Translations under genes and position numbers: made by a program
Shown here: positions 40,827-50,158 of the stretch, piece by piece
Layout: each line of letters begins with the position of its first letter
Position numbering within the stretch: position 1 is the first letter of the stretch
Notes under the pieces: generated by a model
The model's input: only the letters and a program-made list of their open reading frames with translations
What the model was told of the DNA's origin: nothing
Databases searched by the model: none
NCBI GenBank assembly: GCA_964574995.1
Contig: CAZNPF010000004.1
Coordinates: forward strand, 34,694 to 98,693
DNA: 64,000 nt
Direction: 5' to 3'
Origin: an uncultured Pseudomonadales bacterium
GTDB lineage: Bacteria > Pseudomonadota > Gammaproteobacteria > Pseudomonadales > JADFDG01

Positions 40827-42400
40827 ATCTCCTCCAACGACTTCAGTGCAGGCGCTGTGTTCTCACCTTCGGTACGCGGCCCGAGTTCATCCGCTTCTTG
40901 CTGCAATTTCGTACGCAGTCCGGTCGCTTGGTATGACCGCAATTCAACCGCAACGTCTCCCGGCGATTTACGCGGCAGATCTTGCGGATACGGATCCACG
41001 CCCAGCGTGCTCAGCAACATGGCATGGCTCGCCTCCAGATCGGCAAACGAGAATGCGCCCTCCAAGCCCGCAAGCACTGCTTCTACTTCGGTACGAATCT
41101 GCGTCAGTTCATCACCACTGGCACTGGCGGCGCGCGCATTGGCTCGGGACTCTCGCTCATCGGCCACGCGGCCCAGCTCACGCGATAAACACCAACCGCG
41201 ACGATCCGTTTCAACCGCACGCAGAGCAATATTCAATTGCGATACGACGGCGACCGTCATCGCATCTGCACGCAAACTTTCGGCGGCTTCTGCCGCTTTA
41301 CCATAACGGCGTGCAGATGGCAGTGCCGCCAAATTGAGCAAGTTAAACGAGAACTGAGCACTGCCCTCGTTCCAATCGTTGTGCTCTAGAAATTTGTTAC
41401 TGTCATAACGCGGACCTGCCGACAACTGCAGCGACGGCAGCAGGCTGGCCACGGCAATGCGGCCTTCCAGACGCGCCATACGTTGACGGTAACCCTGCTC
41501 GCGCAACTCGGGACGATTGGCCAAGGCGATACGCAATAACTGCTCGTGGCTAAGATTGGGCAACCACTGCGGCTCAGAGAGTTCTTCGGGCTCTTTCAAC
41601 ACCAGTGCCGTGCCCGCCGGCAAAGACACCAGACGCGCCAGATCGTTGCTGGCATTCAAAACTTCTTCCTGCAACTGCACTAGGCGCTTCAAAGAAAGCA
41701 ACAGGTCTCGACGATATTCCAGTGGCGGCGTCTGCCCCTGCAATCGCAATTCTTCCAGCTTCCGCGAGCGCACCAACGCAGATTCAACGCGCTCCCGCAG
41801 AGCCTGCAAACGGGGTTGCATCCGCTGTGCTGCCAAGGCGCGCCACCAGGCAAGCGTGACTTCTTGATTGATCGCCTGAAAAGCTTTCCTGCGTTGCTCA
41901 CTCGCAGCCAGCAGCGCATTACCTTTTTGTTTGGCGCGCAAATAACCCAAACCAAAATCCAGCGCATTCCAACTCAGTTGCAACTGAGCCGTGCTCGATT
42001 GCTTTTCCGAAGAAATGGAAGGTTCCAGTGTTTGCTGACCCGTCGTGGGGTTATAGCTCACCGATGATGCGTATTCGTCACGCGTGGTGTAGCCAGCACC
42101 CAGTGCCAATTGCGGCCACAAGGCATAACTACTGCGGCTGACATCCTCTCGCGCCATCGCCTCGTTCATAAACGCGGCGCGATAATCGAGGTTGTACATC
42201 AGAGCGCGAGCCACGGCATCTGCCAAATCCATTGGCTCGGATACGGCGGATTGTTCGTTGCGAATTCGCTGCAGTCGTTCCTCACTCGCGGCAAGACTGT
42301 CGTCACGATCCAGCGTCGAAACGCGAACCGTACATGCAGACAACAGCAAGAAGGAACCAACAAGCAAAAGCCAGATCGGCTGGCGGATGACGGGCTTCAA
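40814..42400 (-). CDS. TolC/OMF-family outer-membrane channel lipoprotein
   Basis: Lipobox LLLSAC and duplicated OEP-type helical repeats. The start codon at 42400 is TTG in the DNA. Confidence 0.8.
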   Translation of the reverse strand: MKPVIRQPIWLLLVGSFLLLSACTVRVSTLDRDDSLAASEERLQRIRNEQSAVSEPMDLADAVARALMYNLDYRAAFMNEAMAREDVSRSSYALWPQLALGAGYTTRDEYASSVSYNPTTGQQTLEPSISSEKQSSTAQLQLSWNALDFGLGYLRAKQKGNALLAASEQRRKAFQAINQEVTLAWWRALAAQRMQPRLQALRERVESALVRSRKLEELRLQGQTPPLEYRRDLLLSLKRLVQLQEEVLNASNDLARLVSLPAGTALVLKEPEELSEPQWLPNLSHEQLLRIALANRPELREQGYRQRMARLEGRIAVASLLPSLQLSAGPRYDSNKFLEHNDWNEGSAQFSFNLLNLAALPSARRYGKAAEAAESLRADAMTVAVVSQLNIALRAVETDRRGWCLSRELGRVADERESRANARAASASGDELTQIRTEVEAVLAGLEGAFSFADLEASHAMLLSTLGVDPYPQDLPRKSPGDVAVELRSYQATGLRTKLQQEADELGPRTEGENTAPALKSLEEMCVL

Positions 42401-42420
42401 AGTTGCATATCCCGGTTAAT

Positions 42421-42510
42421 TCAATTCTCGTTCAAGTCGGGGTTCATGTCGGCGTCTTTAGGTTCTGCCCGGAAGTTGTTGTTTTTACGAGCTGCCGATG
42501 TGCGAATCAT
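42421..42510 (-). CDS. candidate 29-codon ORF (MIRTSAARKNNNFRAEPKDADMNPDLNEN) at the head of the TolC/MFP/M50 operon
   Basis: ATG at 42510 with GGAGG (42525..42521) 10 nt upstream. The stop lies 20 nt before the TolC start. I translated it by hand from the DNA. No homology is known to me. Confidence 0.3.
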   Translation of the reverse strand: MIRTSAARKNNNFRAEPKDADMNPDLNEN

Positions 42511-42562
42511 TATCCACGCGCCTCCCAAGAAGGTAAACCGACGGAGCCGCCATCGTGCAAAG

Positions 42563-42590
42563 AAAAAGCCCGCTAAAAAGCGGGCTTTTT
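42563..42590 (-). terminator. rho-independent terminator after the giant gene
   Basis: AAAAAGCCCGC-TAAAAA-GCGGGCTTTTT, 18 nt beyond the giant-protein stop. Confidence 0.85.
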
Positions 42591-42607
42591 CAACACACGT
42601 CAACGGT

Positions 42608-45600
42608 TCACGCTACGTTCTGGAAGTGACGCAGCAAGGCGTCCATATCGGCACGACGATCCAAGACCTCGCGAGTGAGCGTCGCCGACAGACCCAACTT
42701 ACCGACAGGCACTGTTGCATCAGCCGCCGCAGACGCCGCTTGGTCAGCTGCCGCAGGCTCAGCCGCTGCGGCATGCTCAGCTTCAGCCATCTCGACCATG
42801 CCATCCAATGCCAACTGCGCAACTTTGTCGGCTTGCGCGCCGGTATTCGCCAGCGCCGGCATTTCTACAGACGGTAAGGCCAGTGCTTCACCATTGATGA
42901 AACTGCTTTCCACCAAAGCGAATCGCTCTTCTTCGTCATCCAGCACCGGCACTGTGAACTGGCCGTTGACATAGACGCGCAACGTAGCACTACCCACCGA
43001 ACCATCTGCGTACTGAACGCTGTAGAAGAACGTGTCGACATACACCGAACCCAGCGGCAAGCGTGTCAGTGCGGCACCTGGCGTGTACACCACAGATCCG
43101 TTTGCATCGAGCGATAGACTGCCGCCATTGCCAACCCCACTAACACCGGTCACGGCCGTAACGCCTACGTCGTTGCCAGTCAGTGCAATCGTTGTTGGCG
43201 ACATGCCACGCACCACGGCGACATCATCCACGGCGATGTTGCTGGGCACGCCGCCCGGATAATTGACATACACGGTCGCGATCGACGTGTTGCCGAGACT
43301 GTCGATCACCTCATACGAGAAACGATCCAGCGATGCATCTGATGTTGCGGTGTAACTGATCGTGCCATCGGGATTGAGCGCAGCCGTGCCGTGCGTTCCC
43401 GTCGTCACCAAACGCAGCACGCGCAGCGTGCCACCTTCAGGATCAACGTCATTGGCGAGCACATTGACGTTGGCCGTGGCATTAGCCGCCACACTGACGC
43501 CATCGGCAAACGCAACCGGCGCATCATCCACACCGACGACCGTGACAGTCAGCATTGCGGTAGATACGTTGCCCGTTTTGTCGCGCACCGTGTACACCAG
43601 CGTGTCTGTCGCGGTTTCGCCTGCGCGCAGATAATCAAACGCACTGCCGGGCACGTAACTGATCGTGCCATCGGCATTGATCATCGCACTGCCGCGCGCG
43701 GCTGAATCGTCAATGCTCACCACCGTGAACGTGTCTGCGCCATCACGATCCACATCGTTGGCGCGTACATCAACCACGGCAACCGCATTGGATTTCACCG
43801 CGACAGCATCATCCACTGCGATGACGGGATCATCGGTTCCCGTGATGACCAGCGTGACCATGCCACTGCTGGTTTGGCCATTGCTGCTGGTCAGCGTGTA
43901 GTGGAACGTTTCGGAAACGCTTTCACCGGCGACCAAGTAATCAAACTTGCCGCGCGGATCGTAGACCAACGTTGAGCCGTTGTTATACAGACGTCCCTGT
44001 ACACCATCCGTTGCCAGCGACTGAATCGACAACGTGTTGACCGTATTCGGATTGGTGTCGTTGGCCAGCACATCCAAACGAGTCGGTGCCGTAGACGATA
44101 CCGAGAAGACATCGTTGCCCGCTTCGGCCAAGCGATCCATGCCGTGCACCGTCACCGTCACCGTCGTCGAGTAGGTGATGCCGCCCTGCTCAGTCAGATA
44201 CGTGAAGGAATCGGTAGCCGTCTGCCCTGCGCCCAACGTTTTGAATGCGGCGCCTGGCGTGTAAACCATGCGGCCATCCGTTGCAAAAGAAATGCTGCCT
44301 TGTGTGCCGGTGGTATCGAGTGCCACGACATCCATTTCATCCGCAGGCAAGAAGAACGATTCTGCCGATGTGGTTTCCGCCGACAGCACGGTGCTGTAGT
44401 TGCCTTGCGTCAGCAAGTTGGCCCAGTAGACGGCGCCGTCATTGAGCTGACCACCCGTATCACGCCAACGCGCACCAATGATGGCGCGTGTATCCGCAAC
44501 TGCCACGGAGCTACCGAAGAATTCTGACGTACCTACAGAGCCACCTTGCGGTGCATTGCTATAGAACTTTTCTGGCAACCAACTGCCCGCCACATGCTTG
44601 TACGCATACGCCGCGCCGGAGTAGAGACCGTTGGTATCTTCAAATTGCGCACCCACCAACAAGCGCGTACCGCCCGTGCCCTCATCGTAATCAACGGCAA
44701 CATCACTGCCGTAATAATCACTGGCCGTCGTATCGAATGATGTCAGTTTGGATTCTAATCGCCAGGTGCCATTGCCGAGGCCACCGTTATTTTCAGCACC
44801 ACTTTGCTGGCTGACGGAACGCCAGATATATACCGCGCCACCATCTGTCGCGGCACCATCGTTAAACACCGACGACGCCACGATGATGCCACCCTGACGG
44901 GCCGTGCCCCCGATCGTGTAAATATCGAGATCCAGTGCCCAGCCCAGCATGTCACCGGATTTTCCATCTGGCGCATACAACTTGGCCACTTGCTTGAGGC
45001 CTTGGTCGGTCGAGAAAACGTAGATGCTGCCCGTGTCACCGTAGTTGGAATCCGGTGCATCTTCGCCGCTGTAGATGTTGCGGATTTCAGACTGACTCAA
45101 CGCGCGGTTGTAAACGCGGAAATCATCGATGTAATCCGCAAAGCGTTGCGTACCACTTTGATAATTACCCACTGCAATGATGTCGTCAGTGGCCAAGAAG
45201 TTGGACACACCCACTTTCACGCCATCGATGTAGTAGAACGTGCGCGCATTGACACCCGTGCCATCGGCTACGGCCGTCACCATGTGCCAGCCCGTTTTTT
45301 GTGCGGCCGTCAGTGCGTAATTGCTGTTGGCTGCAGCGATGCGCGTGGCGGTCATCGCACGGCCAGTCGCGCTGAGATTGTTATAACCATACGCATTATT
45401 GAACTGCACGACATAGGTGTCAGCGCCACTGGCACCATCGACGTTGGTCGTCACCGTGACAGCACCCGCACCCATCAGCGTATTCAGCGCATTCTGAATA
45501 TTGGTGGCTTGCGTTGCACCGGTATCACTGTAGGTAATACTGGCCGTCGTACCGACGCCTGGCACCGAGAGTGTGAAGTTAGTGTTGCCAGTAAATGCCA

Positions 45601-48600
45601 ACAATTGCGCTTCACGCGAAGCCGACACACCAGCACGGCTGGACGCCATCACGTCAAAATTGATGGCGGAATTATTAAAGGTAATCCGCAGCACATCACT
45701 ACGCGCCGCCTCCGTGACTACCGTGACCGTTGCCGTACCCAGGCCTTGCGTTGCCAGTAATGTGTTCAGCGCTGCTTGGACGCTGGCCGCCACCGTGGTG
45801 CCGGTTACGTTGTGAGTAATTGCAGCAGTCGTACCCAGACCCGGAATCGTCAACGTAAATGTAGTGACTGTTGCGCTATCGATGACCAGCAATTGCTGCT
45901 CGTAGACGTTGGCGGGGTTGAAGCCCGGCACACCCAGCGCCGTGTTGTTCCAAGCGCCCAGATCGTCAGTACCGGCATTGACGATGATCTGATGGTTGTC
46001 ACCACTGCCAAAGCTGCCACGCGTCAGCGTGTTGTACGCGGCATCTGTTAGCAAATCTTTATACCAAGACGAAATTGTCCACGTCTGTCCTAGATCGATG
46101 GCGCTATCCATCGTGAGCACGCCATTGGTTCCCGCCATGTACAGCACATTGCCGCGCTGACCGTCGTAGAAGAACTGTGCATCGGTCGACAGGGTACCGC
46201 CCACACTTCCAAATTGAGCAGGCGCGTAAGAACCCGTGCCGTCGAATTCGATGCGCGACACCATGCCTTGTGAGTTGTCGTCACGCGCAGAAGCAACAGC
46301 CAAGATGTTTTCGTCAAACGATACGCTGCTGCCGAACAGATCAAAATCCGCCGGATCTTTAGGAATGACGTTGGCCGTCAACGATCCATTGGCCCCTGGG
46401 AACGCCGCGAAAAATGCCGCGCCAGAATCCGTGAAACTGCCGTAATCAAAATGACTCGCACCGACCAAGATAACAGTGCCAGCCTCGTTGATGGCAACCG
46501 ATGAACCGAAGTGATCATCCGGATTGTTCGCATTAGCGGTCAACTTGTAGAACGTCGCGAATGAACTCCCGCTCCGGTCGTAGCAGTACACGGCACCGCG
46601 CCCGCCATTCTCGCTGCGCGCACCCACAATCAGTTTGTCGCCGTCGTTGCTCCAGTCGAGGCTGTAGCCAAATTGAGCGCCGTTACCCGCAGGTGCCGTC
46701 GGTGCAAGCCCCGTGATGTAGGTCCAACCTGAACCGTTCCATTGATAGATCCAAGCTGCGCCAGGAGACGAACTATCACCGGGCGCACCCACTGCAAGCC
46801 AGTTGCCGTCTTCAGAAATGGCTGAAGCAAAACCAAAGTTGGCATTGTTGATGGGGCCATCCAGAACGGGGGCCAGCGTTTTTTCTGATGGGTTGACGAT
46901 GGTCAGTAAAAAGTCATCGAAAACCGTGGCCGGACCACCACGCGATGCAGCGGCATTGTCATTGGCGGTTACGCGAACGGAAATCGCGCCCACATCACCG
47001 GCCGCCGGCGTGCCGGAGAACGTGCGCGAAACAGAATCAAAACTCAACCACGCAGGCAAGGCGCCACCACCGCTCAACGTCGCGGTGTACGTCACGTTGT
47101 CGAACGGTGCCGGGTCGGGATCCGCAAAGGCTGTCGATGGCACCGTGAAGCCATACTGATAACCGGCAAGCGCCACTTGATCGGACAGCGGTGCAGCTAC
47201 GAAAGGTGCGTTATTGGCACTATCCACGCGAATCACAAACGTGCGTGTACCACTCACTGCGCTGTAGGGATCGGTCACTCGTACCGTGACGCTGTAATCA
47301 CCTGCAGCCGTGCCTGCTGGAATCGTGACCCGCAGCAAGGTGCCATCCGCCACGGCACTCCAGCCGCCCGGCAAAGCCGTTGCGCTCGGAATCAAGCCGT
47401 TGATGTCTGCCGAGTCGGTATCCGTGAAATACGCGCTGAAATCGTATGCGTTGGTCGAGCCGGATTGCTGATACGCATAGGGAGACAGCGGAACCAGTGC
47501 TGTCGTAAAGGGCGCATCGTTGGCGCCGTTGATCGTCACCGTCAGCAGTTGGTTGGTTGAACCGCCCTGCCCGTCGCTGACAGTCACGCTGAATGTATCG
47601 GTGGTTGATTGGCCGACTGCAAGCGATTGCAGATATGAAGATGTGGTCGGGTTATAGGTGATATTTCCTGAACCCAGCGTAATCGTGGCGCCCACGCTGC
47701 TGGTACCCACCGCCGTCACCGACAGCACATCACCAAATATCCCATATTGAGTGATGTTGTAATCCGAATCGTTGGCCAAGATGCTGGCACCGGTAATAAC
47801 GACAGACGTGTCTTCGTTCGTTACACCGAGCACATCGTCTGCGGCATTAGGATCCCAATTGAAGTGATACGACGCGGCTCTGGTGCCGTTGGCCGTCAAT
47901 GCATCCAATGACCAGTTGTAACCATTCTGCAATGTGCTGGCCGTAATGAGGTTATTCGATGCTTTGATTTGTGGCTGGTTGGTATTCGCGTTGAATACCA
48001 CGAGGAACGTATCGACTGCGCCATCTACCGAGCACGTTACCGTGACCGCGCCGGCACCCACCACCGCATTGATTGCCGCCTGAATATTGGCGGCCATCGT
48101 CGCTCCCGTCGCGCTGTATGTAATGTCAGCGGTATCTGGGAAGCCCGGAATGCTTATCGTAAATGTGGTGTCAGGAGAAATATCGGGAATGATCAGTTGT
48201 TGCTGCTCATAGGCACCGGCCGGGCCATTACGCCACAGCGCAACGGCGACTTCCTGCACCGTATTAATCAACTGACCACTGCCCCATGTGCCATCGGGCT
48301 GCATTTCAGCCACGTAGGTGTACGGGTTGCCGCTGATCGTTCCGCTATACAACAGGAAAGCGCTATTGGTGTTATCGCCGTTAGCCGTTTGATCCAAGTC
48401 ATTGACCATGACCACCGCGCCACCGGCACCGAATAATCCACCCAGCGCGCTCCAACTCGTGCTACCGGCATCCAGTTTGTACGTTTGAATACCACCGCTG
48501 TTGGCGACCACCATGTAGTCGTCATCCATCGAGATATCGTTATTGCCGGCGCTGTCCCACGAGAACTGATTGGTGTAAGTCGCATAATTGACAATGCCGA

Positions 48601-50158
48601 CGCCGGGCGCATCGTAGGTGCGCAGTTCCGTACCCGCCGGCCGGCCATCACCGCCTACGGCATACCACCAGTTGGCATTGTCTTGATCGTAACCAACCGC
48701 CACGACACCACCGAAGCGGTAGGCGTCTTCCCCGCCTGTCGGTGTTTGGTTTTCAATTTGGATGATGTTGGTCCAACCCGTGGTGTCCACACCGAAATTA
48801 CCGTGCGCGGTCGCCGACAACACGAACGCAACGCCGACGTCATCACGTTCGTAGCGAGTGACTGAACTGCCACCCCAGGCGCCATCTTTGTCATCGTTGT
48901 CGTACTGCCACCAGTCTTCGTAGGGGTTACCCATAATCAGGCGGTAGTTGCCGGCACCGTCATGAGCGATGTCTACGCTGTAGCCAAACTGATCCGCCGT
49001 CGCGCGATAGTCGTTGACATCAGTGCTGCCACCATTGAATCCCGTGCGGCCGGAGTAACGGGCATTGAACTGCGCAATGGTTTGCGGCGCAGTCGTCCAG
49101 TTGGTGCCGTTCCACGTATACACGTACACCCGGCCATCACTGCCGCCGGCGTTATTGTAAGTAGGCGCACCCACCACCAGTTTGTTGCCGGCGGCGGCGA
49201 TGTCAAAACCAAAGCCACCACTGCCATCACCGGTGACGGTCGCATTTAACGCCCAAACGCCAGTGGTGGCGTTACGCTGATAAATATCCACTTTGTTGGA
49301 CCCGGAAGTTCCAACAAATTTCCAGTCTTTGTTGTCGGTGGTACGGGTAATGGCAACAGCCGATGTGCCCGCAGAAATTTCCGTATCTTGCACCCATCCA
49401 TCGGCGAGCAAGCCAAGGAAATCATTGCCAGCGCCCCCCGCAAACAGCGACCGATTCGATACATCACCGATGCTGCGTTCCAGATCCCAGTCGCCGCCCA
49501 AACTGGCCACGCCCGTCAGATCCGACGATGCCGCCACATCCGCACCAGTTTTTTCGGCGAGCGCCTCGATGAATTGCTGCCCGCTTTCTCCGGCAGCCAC
49601 ATCACAACCGTAGATCAGCAAATCGCCTTCCGGCGACAAGGCTTGCCGCATCGCGGCCCACGCACGCTCATTTTTATCCAAGCTGGTGATGCTGACGGAT
49701 TCGCCACCTAACGATAAATGCCCGGCACCGCCGTGACTCACTAAGTGAATGGCATCAACGTCACCTTCGCGACGGCCCAATACAGATTGGATCTGCGACG
49801 CCCAGTCGCTGCCTTGAAGGACGTGGACTTCTACGCTTGGCCCGATATTGCGGATCAACGATTCAAAATCGCTCACACCCGCATCGACAAAAAGAATTTC
49901 TCGGCTACCACCCGCAGCTGACAGAGGGCTGACAACAACATCGCCCAAAAAGGCTGCAGCAAGCGCATGCCCATCCTGCGCATTTACCACTGCATCAGCG
50001 GATGCCGTGGCCAGAACTTTCTCGGCCGTCTCAACGGCGGCTGCATCGAGCAATACGCGCTGCTCCAGAGCAAGGAAGCGGCTCAATGCTTGCTTGGAAG
50101 ACACCGCAGATTGGCCAATAGGTTGCTGACCACCCTTACGGGAATTGTCCTTGCTCAT
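42608..50158 (-). CDS. 2516-aa adhesin-like giant protein: DUF4347-like N-terminal domain, FG-GAP-like beta-propeller repeats, cadherin/VCBS-like and He_PIG-like Ig domains, LamG-like domain
   Basis: N-terminal LEQRVLLDAAAV followed by ILFVDAGV...HLVSHGGAGHLSLGG...IYGCDVAAG...GDWDLE (nt 49481..49903). FG-GAP-like FGYS/FGSS...VGA repeats. ANDxD...TDTF..Y.V.D...V.V.G.DDAP modules. LamG-like ...DDFRVYNRALSQSEIRNIY. Confidence 0.85.
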   Translation of the reverse strand: MSKDNSRKGGQQPIGQSAVSSKQALSRFLALEQRVLLDAAAVETAEKVLATASADAVVNAQDGHALAAAFLGDVVVSPLSAAGGSREILFVDAGVSDFESLIRNIGPSVEVHVLQGSDWASQIQSVLGRREGDVDAIHLVSHGGAGHLSLGGESVSITSLDKNERAWAAMRQALSPEGDLLIYGCDVAAGESGQQFIEALAEKTGADVAASSDLTGVASLGGDWDLERSIGDVSNRSLFAGGAGNDFLGLLADGWVQDTEISAGTSAVAITRTTDNKDWKFVGTSGSNKVDIYQRNATTGVWALNATVTGDGSGGFGFDIAAAGNKLVVGAPTYNNAGGSDGRVYVYTWNGTNWTTAPQTIAQFNARYSGRTGFNGGSTDVNDYRATADQFGYSVDIAHDGAGNYRLIMGNPYEDWWQYDNDDKDGAWGGSSVTRYERDDVGVAFVLSATAHGNFGVDTTGWTNIIQIENQTPTGGEDAYRFGGVVAVGYDQDNANWWYAVGGDGRPAGTELRTYDAPGVGIVNYATYTNQFSWDSAGNNDISMDDDYMVVANSGGIQTYKLDAGSTSWSALGGLFGAGGAVVMVNDLDQTANGDNTNSAFLLYSGTISGNPYTYVAEMQPDGTWGSGQLINTVQEVAVALWRNGPAGAYEQQQLIIPDISPDTTFTISIPGFPDTADITYSATGATMAANIQAAINAVVGAGAVTVTCSVDGAVDTFLVVFNANTNQPQIKASNNLITASTLQNGYNWSLDALTANGTRAASYHFNWDPNAADDVLGVTNEDTSVVITGASILANDSDYNITQYGIFGDVLSVTAVGTSSVGATITLGSGNITYNPTTSSYLQSLAVGQSTTDTFSVTVSDGQGGSTNQLLTVTINGANDAPFTTALVPLSPYAYQQSGSTNAYDFSAYFTDTDSADINGLIPSATALPGGWSAVADGTLLRVTIPAGTAAGDYSVTVRVTDPYSAVSGTRTFVIRVDSANNAPFVAAPLSDQVALAGYQYGFTVPSTAFADPDPAPFDNVTYTATLSGGGALPAWLSFDSVSRTFSGTPAAGDVGAISVRVTANDNAAASRGGPATVFDDFLLTIVNPSEKTLAPVLDGPINNANFGFASAISEDGNWLAVGAPGDSSSPGAAWIYQWNGSGWTYITGLAPTAPAGNGAQFGYSLDWSNDGDKLIVGARSENGGRGAVYCYDRSGSSFATFYKLTANANNPDDHFGSSVAINEAGTVILVGASHFDYGSFTDSGAAFFAAFPGANGSLTANVIPKDPADFDLFGSSVSFDENILAVASARDDNSQGMVSRIEFDGTGSYAPAQFGSVGGTLSTDAQFFYDGQRGNVLYMAGTNGVLTMDSAIDLGQTWTISSWYKDLLTDAAYNTLTRGSFGSGDNHQIIVNAGTDDLGAWNNTALGVPGFNPANVYEQQLLVIDSATVTTFTLTIPGLGTTAAITHNVTGTTVAASVQAALNTLLATQGLGTATVTVVTEAARSDVLRITFNNSAINFDVMASSRAGVSASREAQLLAFTGNTNFTLSVPGVGTTASITYSDTGATQATNIQNALNTLMGAGAVTVTTNVDGASGADTYVVQFNNAYGYNNLSATGRAMTATRIAAANSNYALTAAQKTGWHMVTAVADGTGVNARTFYYIDGVKVGVSNFLATDDIIAVGNYQSGTQRFADYIDDFRVYNRALSQSEIRNIYSGEDAPDSNYGDTGSIYVFSTDQGLKQVAKLYAPDGKSGDMLGWALDLDIYTIGGTARQGGIIVASSVFNDGAATDGGAVYIWRSVSQQSGAENNGGLGNGTWRLESKLTSFDTTASDYYGSDVAVDYDEGTGGTRLLVGAQFEDTNGLYSGAAYAYKHVAGSWLPEKFYSNAPQGGSVGTSEFFGSSVAVADTRAIIGARWRDTGGQLNDGAVYWANLLTQGNYSTVLSAETTSAESFFLPADEMDVVALDTTGTQGSISFATDGRMVYTPGAAFKTLGAGQTATDSFTYLTEQGGITYSTTVTVTVHGMDRLAEAGNDVFSVSSTAPTRLDVLANDTNPNTVNTLSIQSLATDGVQGRLYNNGSTLVYDPRGKFDYLVAGESVSETFHYTLTSSNGQTSSGMVTLVITGTDDPVIAVDDAVAVKSNAVAVVDVRANDVDRDGADTFTVVSIDDSAARGSAMINADGTISYVPGSAFDYLRAGETATDTLVYTVRDKTGNVSTAMLTVTVVGVDDAPVAFADGVSVAANATANVNVLANDVDPEGGTLRVLRLVTTGTHGTAALNPDGTISYTATSDASLDRFSYEVIDSLGNTSIATVYVNYPGGVPSNIAVDDVAVVRGMSPTTIALTGNDVGVTAVTGVSGVGNGGSLSLDANGSVVYTPGAALTRLPLGSVYVDTFFYSVQYADGSVGSATLRVYVNGQFTVPVLDDEEERFALVESSFINGEALALPSVEMPALANTGAQADKVAQLALDGMVEMAEAEHAAAAEPAAADQAASAAADATVPVGKLGLSATLTREVLDRRADMDALLRHFQNVA
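45362..45613 (-). repeat. copy 3 of the ~85-aa module (EAQLLAFTGNTNFTLSVPGVGTTASITYSDTGATQATNIQNALNTLMGAGAVTVT...)
   Basis: Lies directly after copy 2 and has the same motif order. Confidence 0.8.
45638..45904 (-). repeat. copy 2 of the ~85-aa module (YEQQLLVIDS...TFTLTIPGLGTTAAITHNVTGTTVAASVQAALNTLLATQGLGTATVTVV...)
   Basis: Same motif order as copy 1. Confidence 0.8.
47951..48211 (-). repeat. copy 1 of an ~85-aa intragenic module (YEQQQLIIPD...TFTISIPGFPDTADITYSATGATMAANIQAAINAVVGAGAVTVT...)
   Basis: Aligned by eye with the two copies below. Coordinates were derived from the DNA and are in frame with the start at 50158. Confidence 0.8.

Noticed and set aside
42421-42603. 60-aa track ORF upstream of the TolC gene
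   Set aside because: Its first half runs through the terminator hairpin of the giant gene and has no RBS. Only the internal 29-codon ORF with a GGAGG site is retained, as a low-confidence candidate.
42608-42940. C-terminal region of the giant protein, examined for an RTX/T1SS array
   Set aside because: No tandem GGxGxD nonapeptides are present, only an Ala/Glu-rich tail. A non-RTX C-terminal secretion signal cannot be excluded by eye, so none is annotated.
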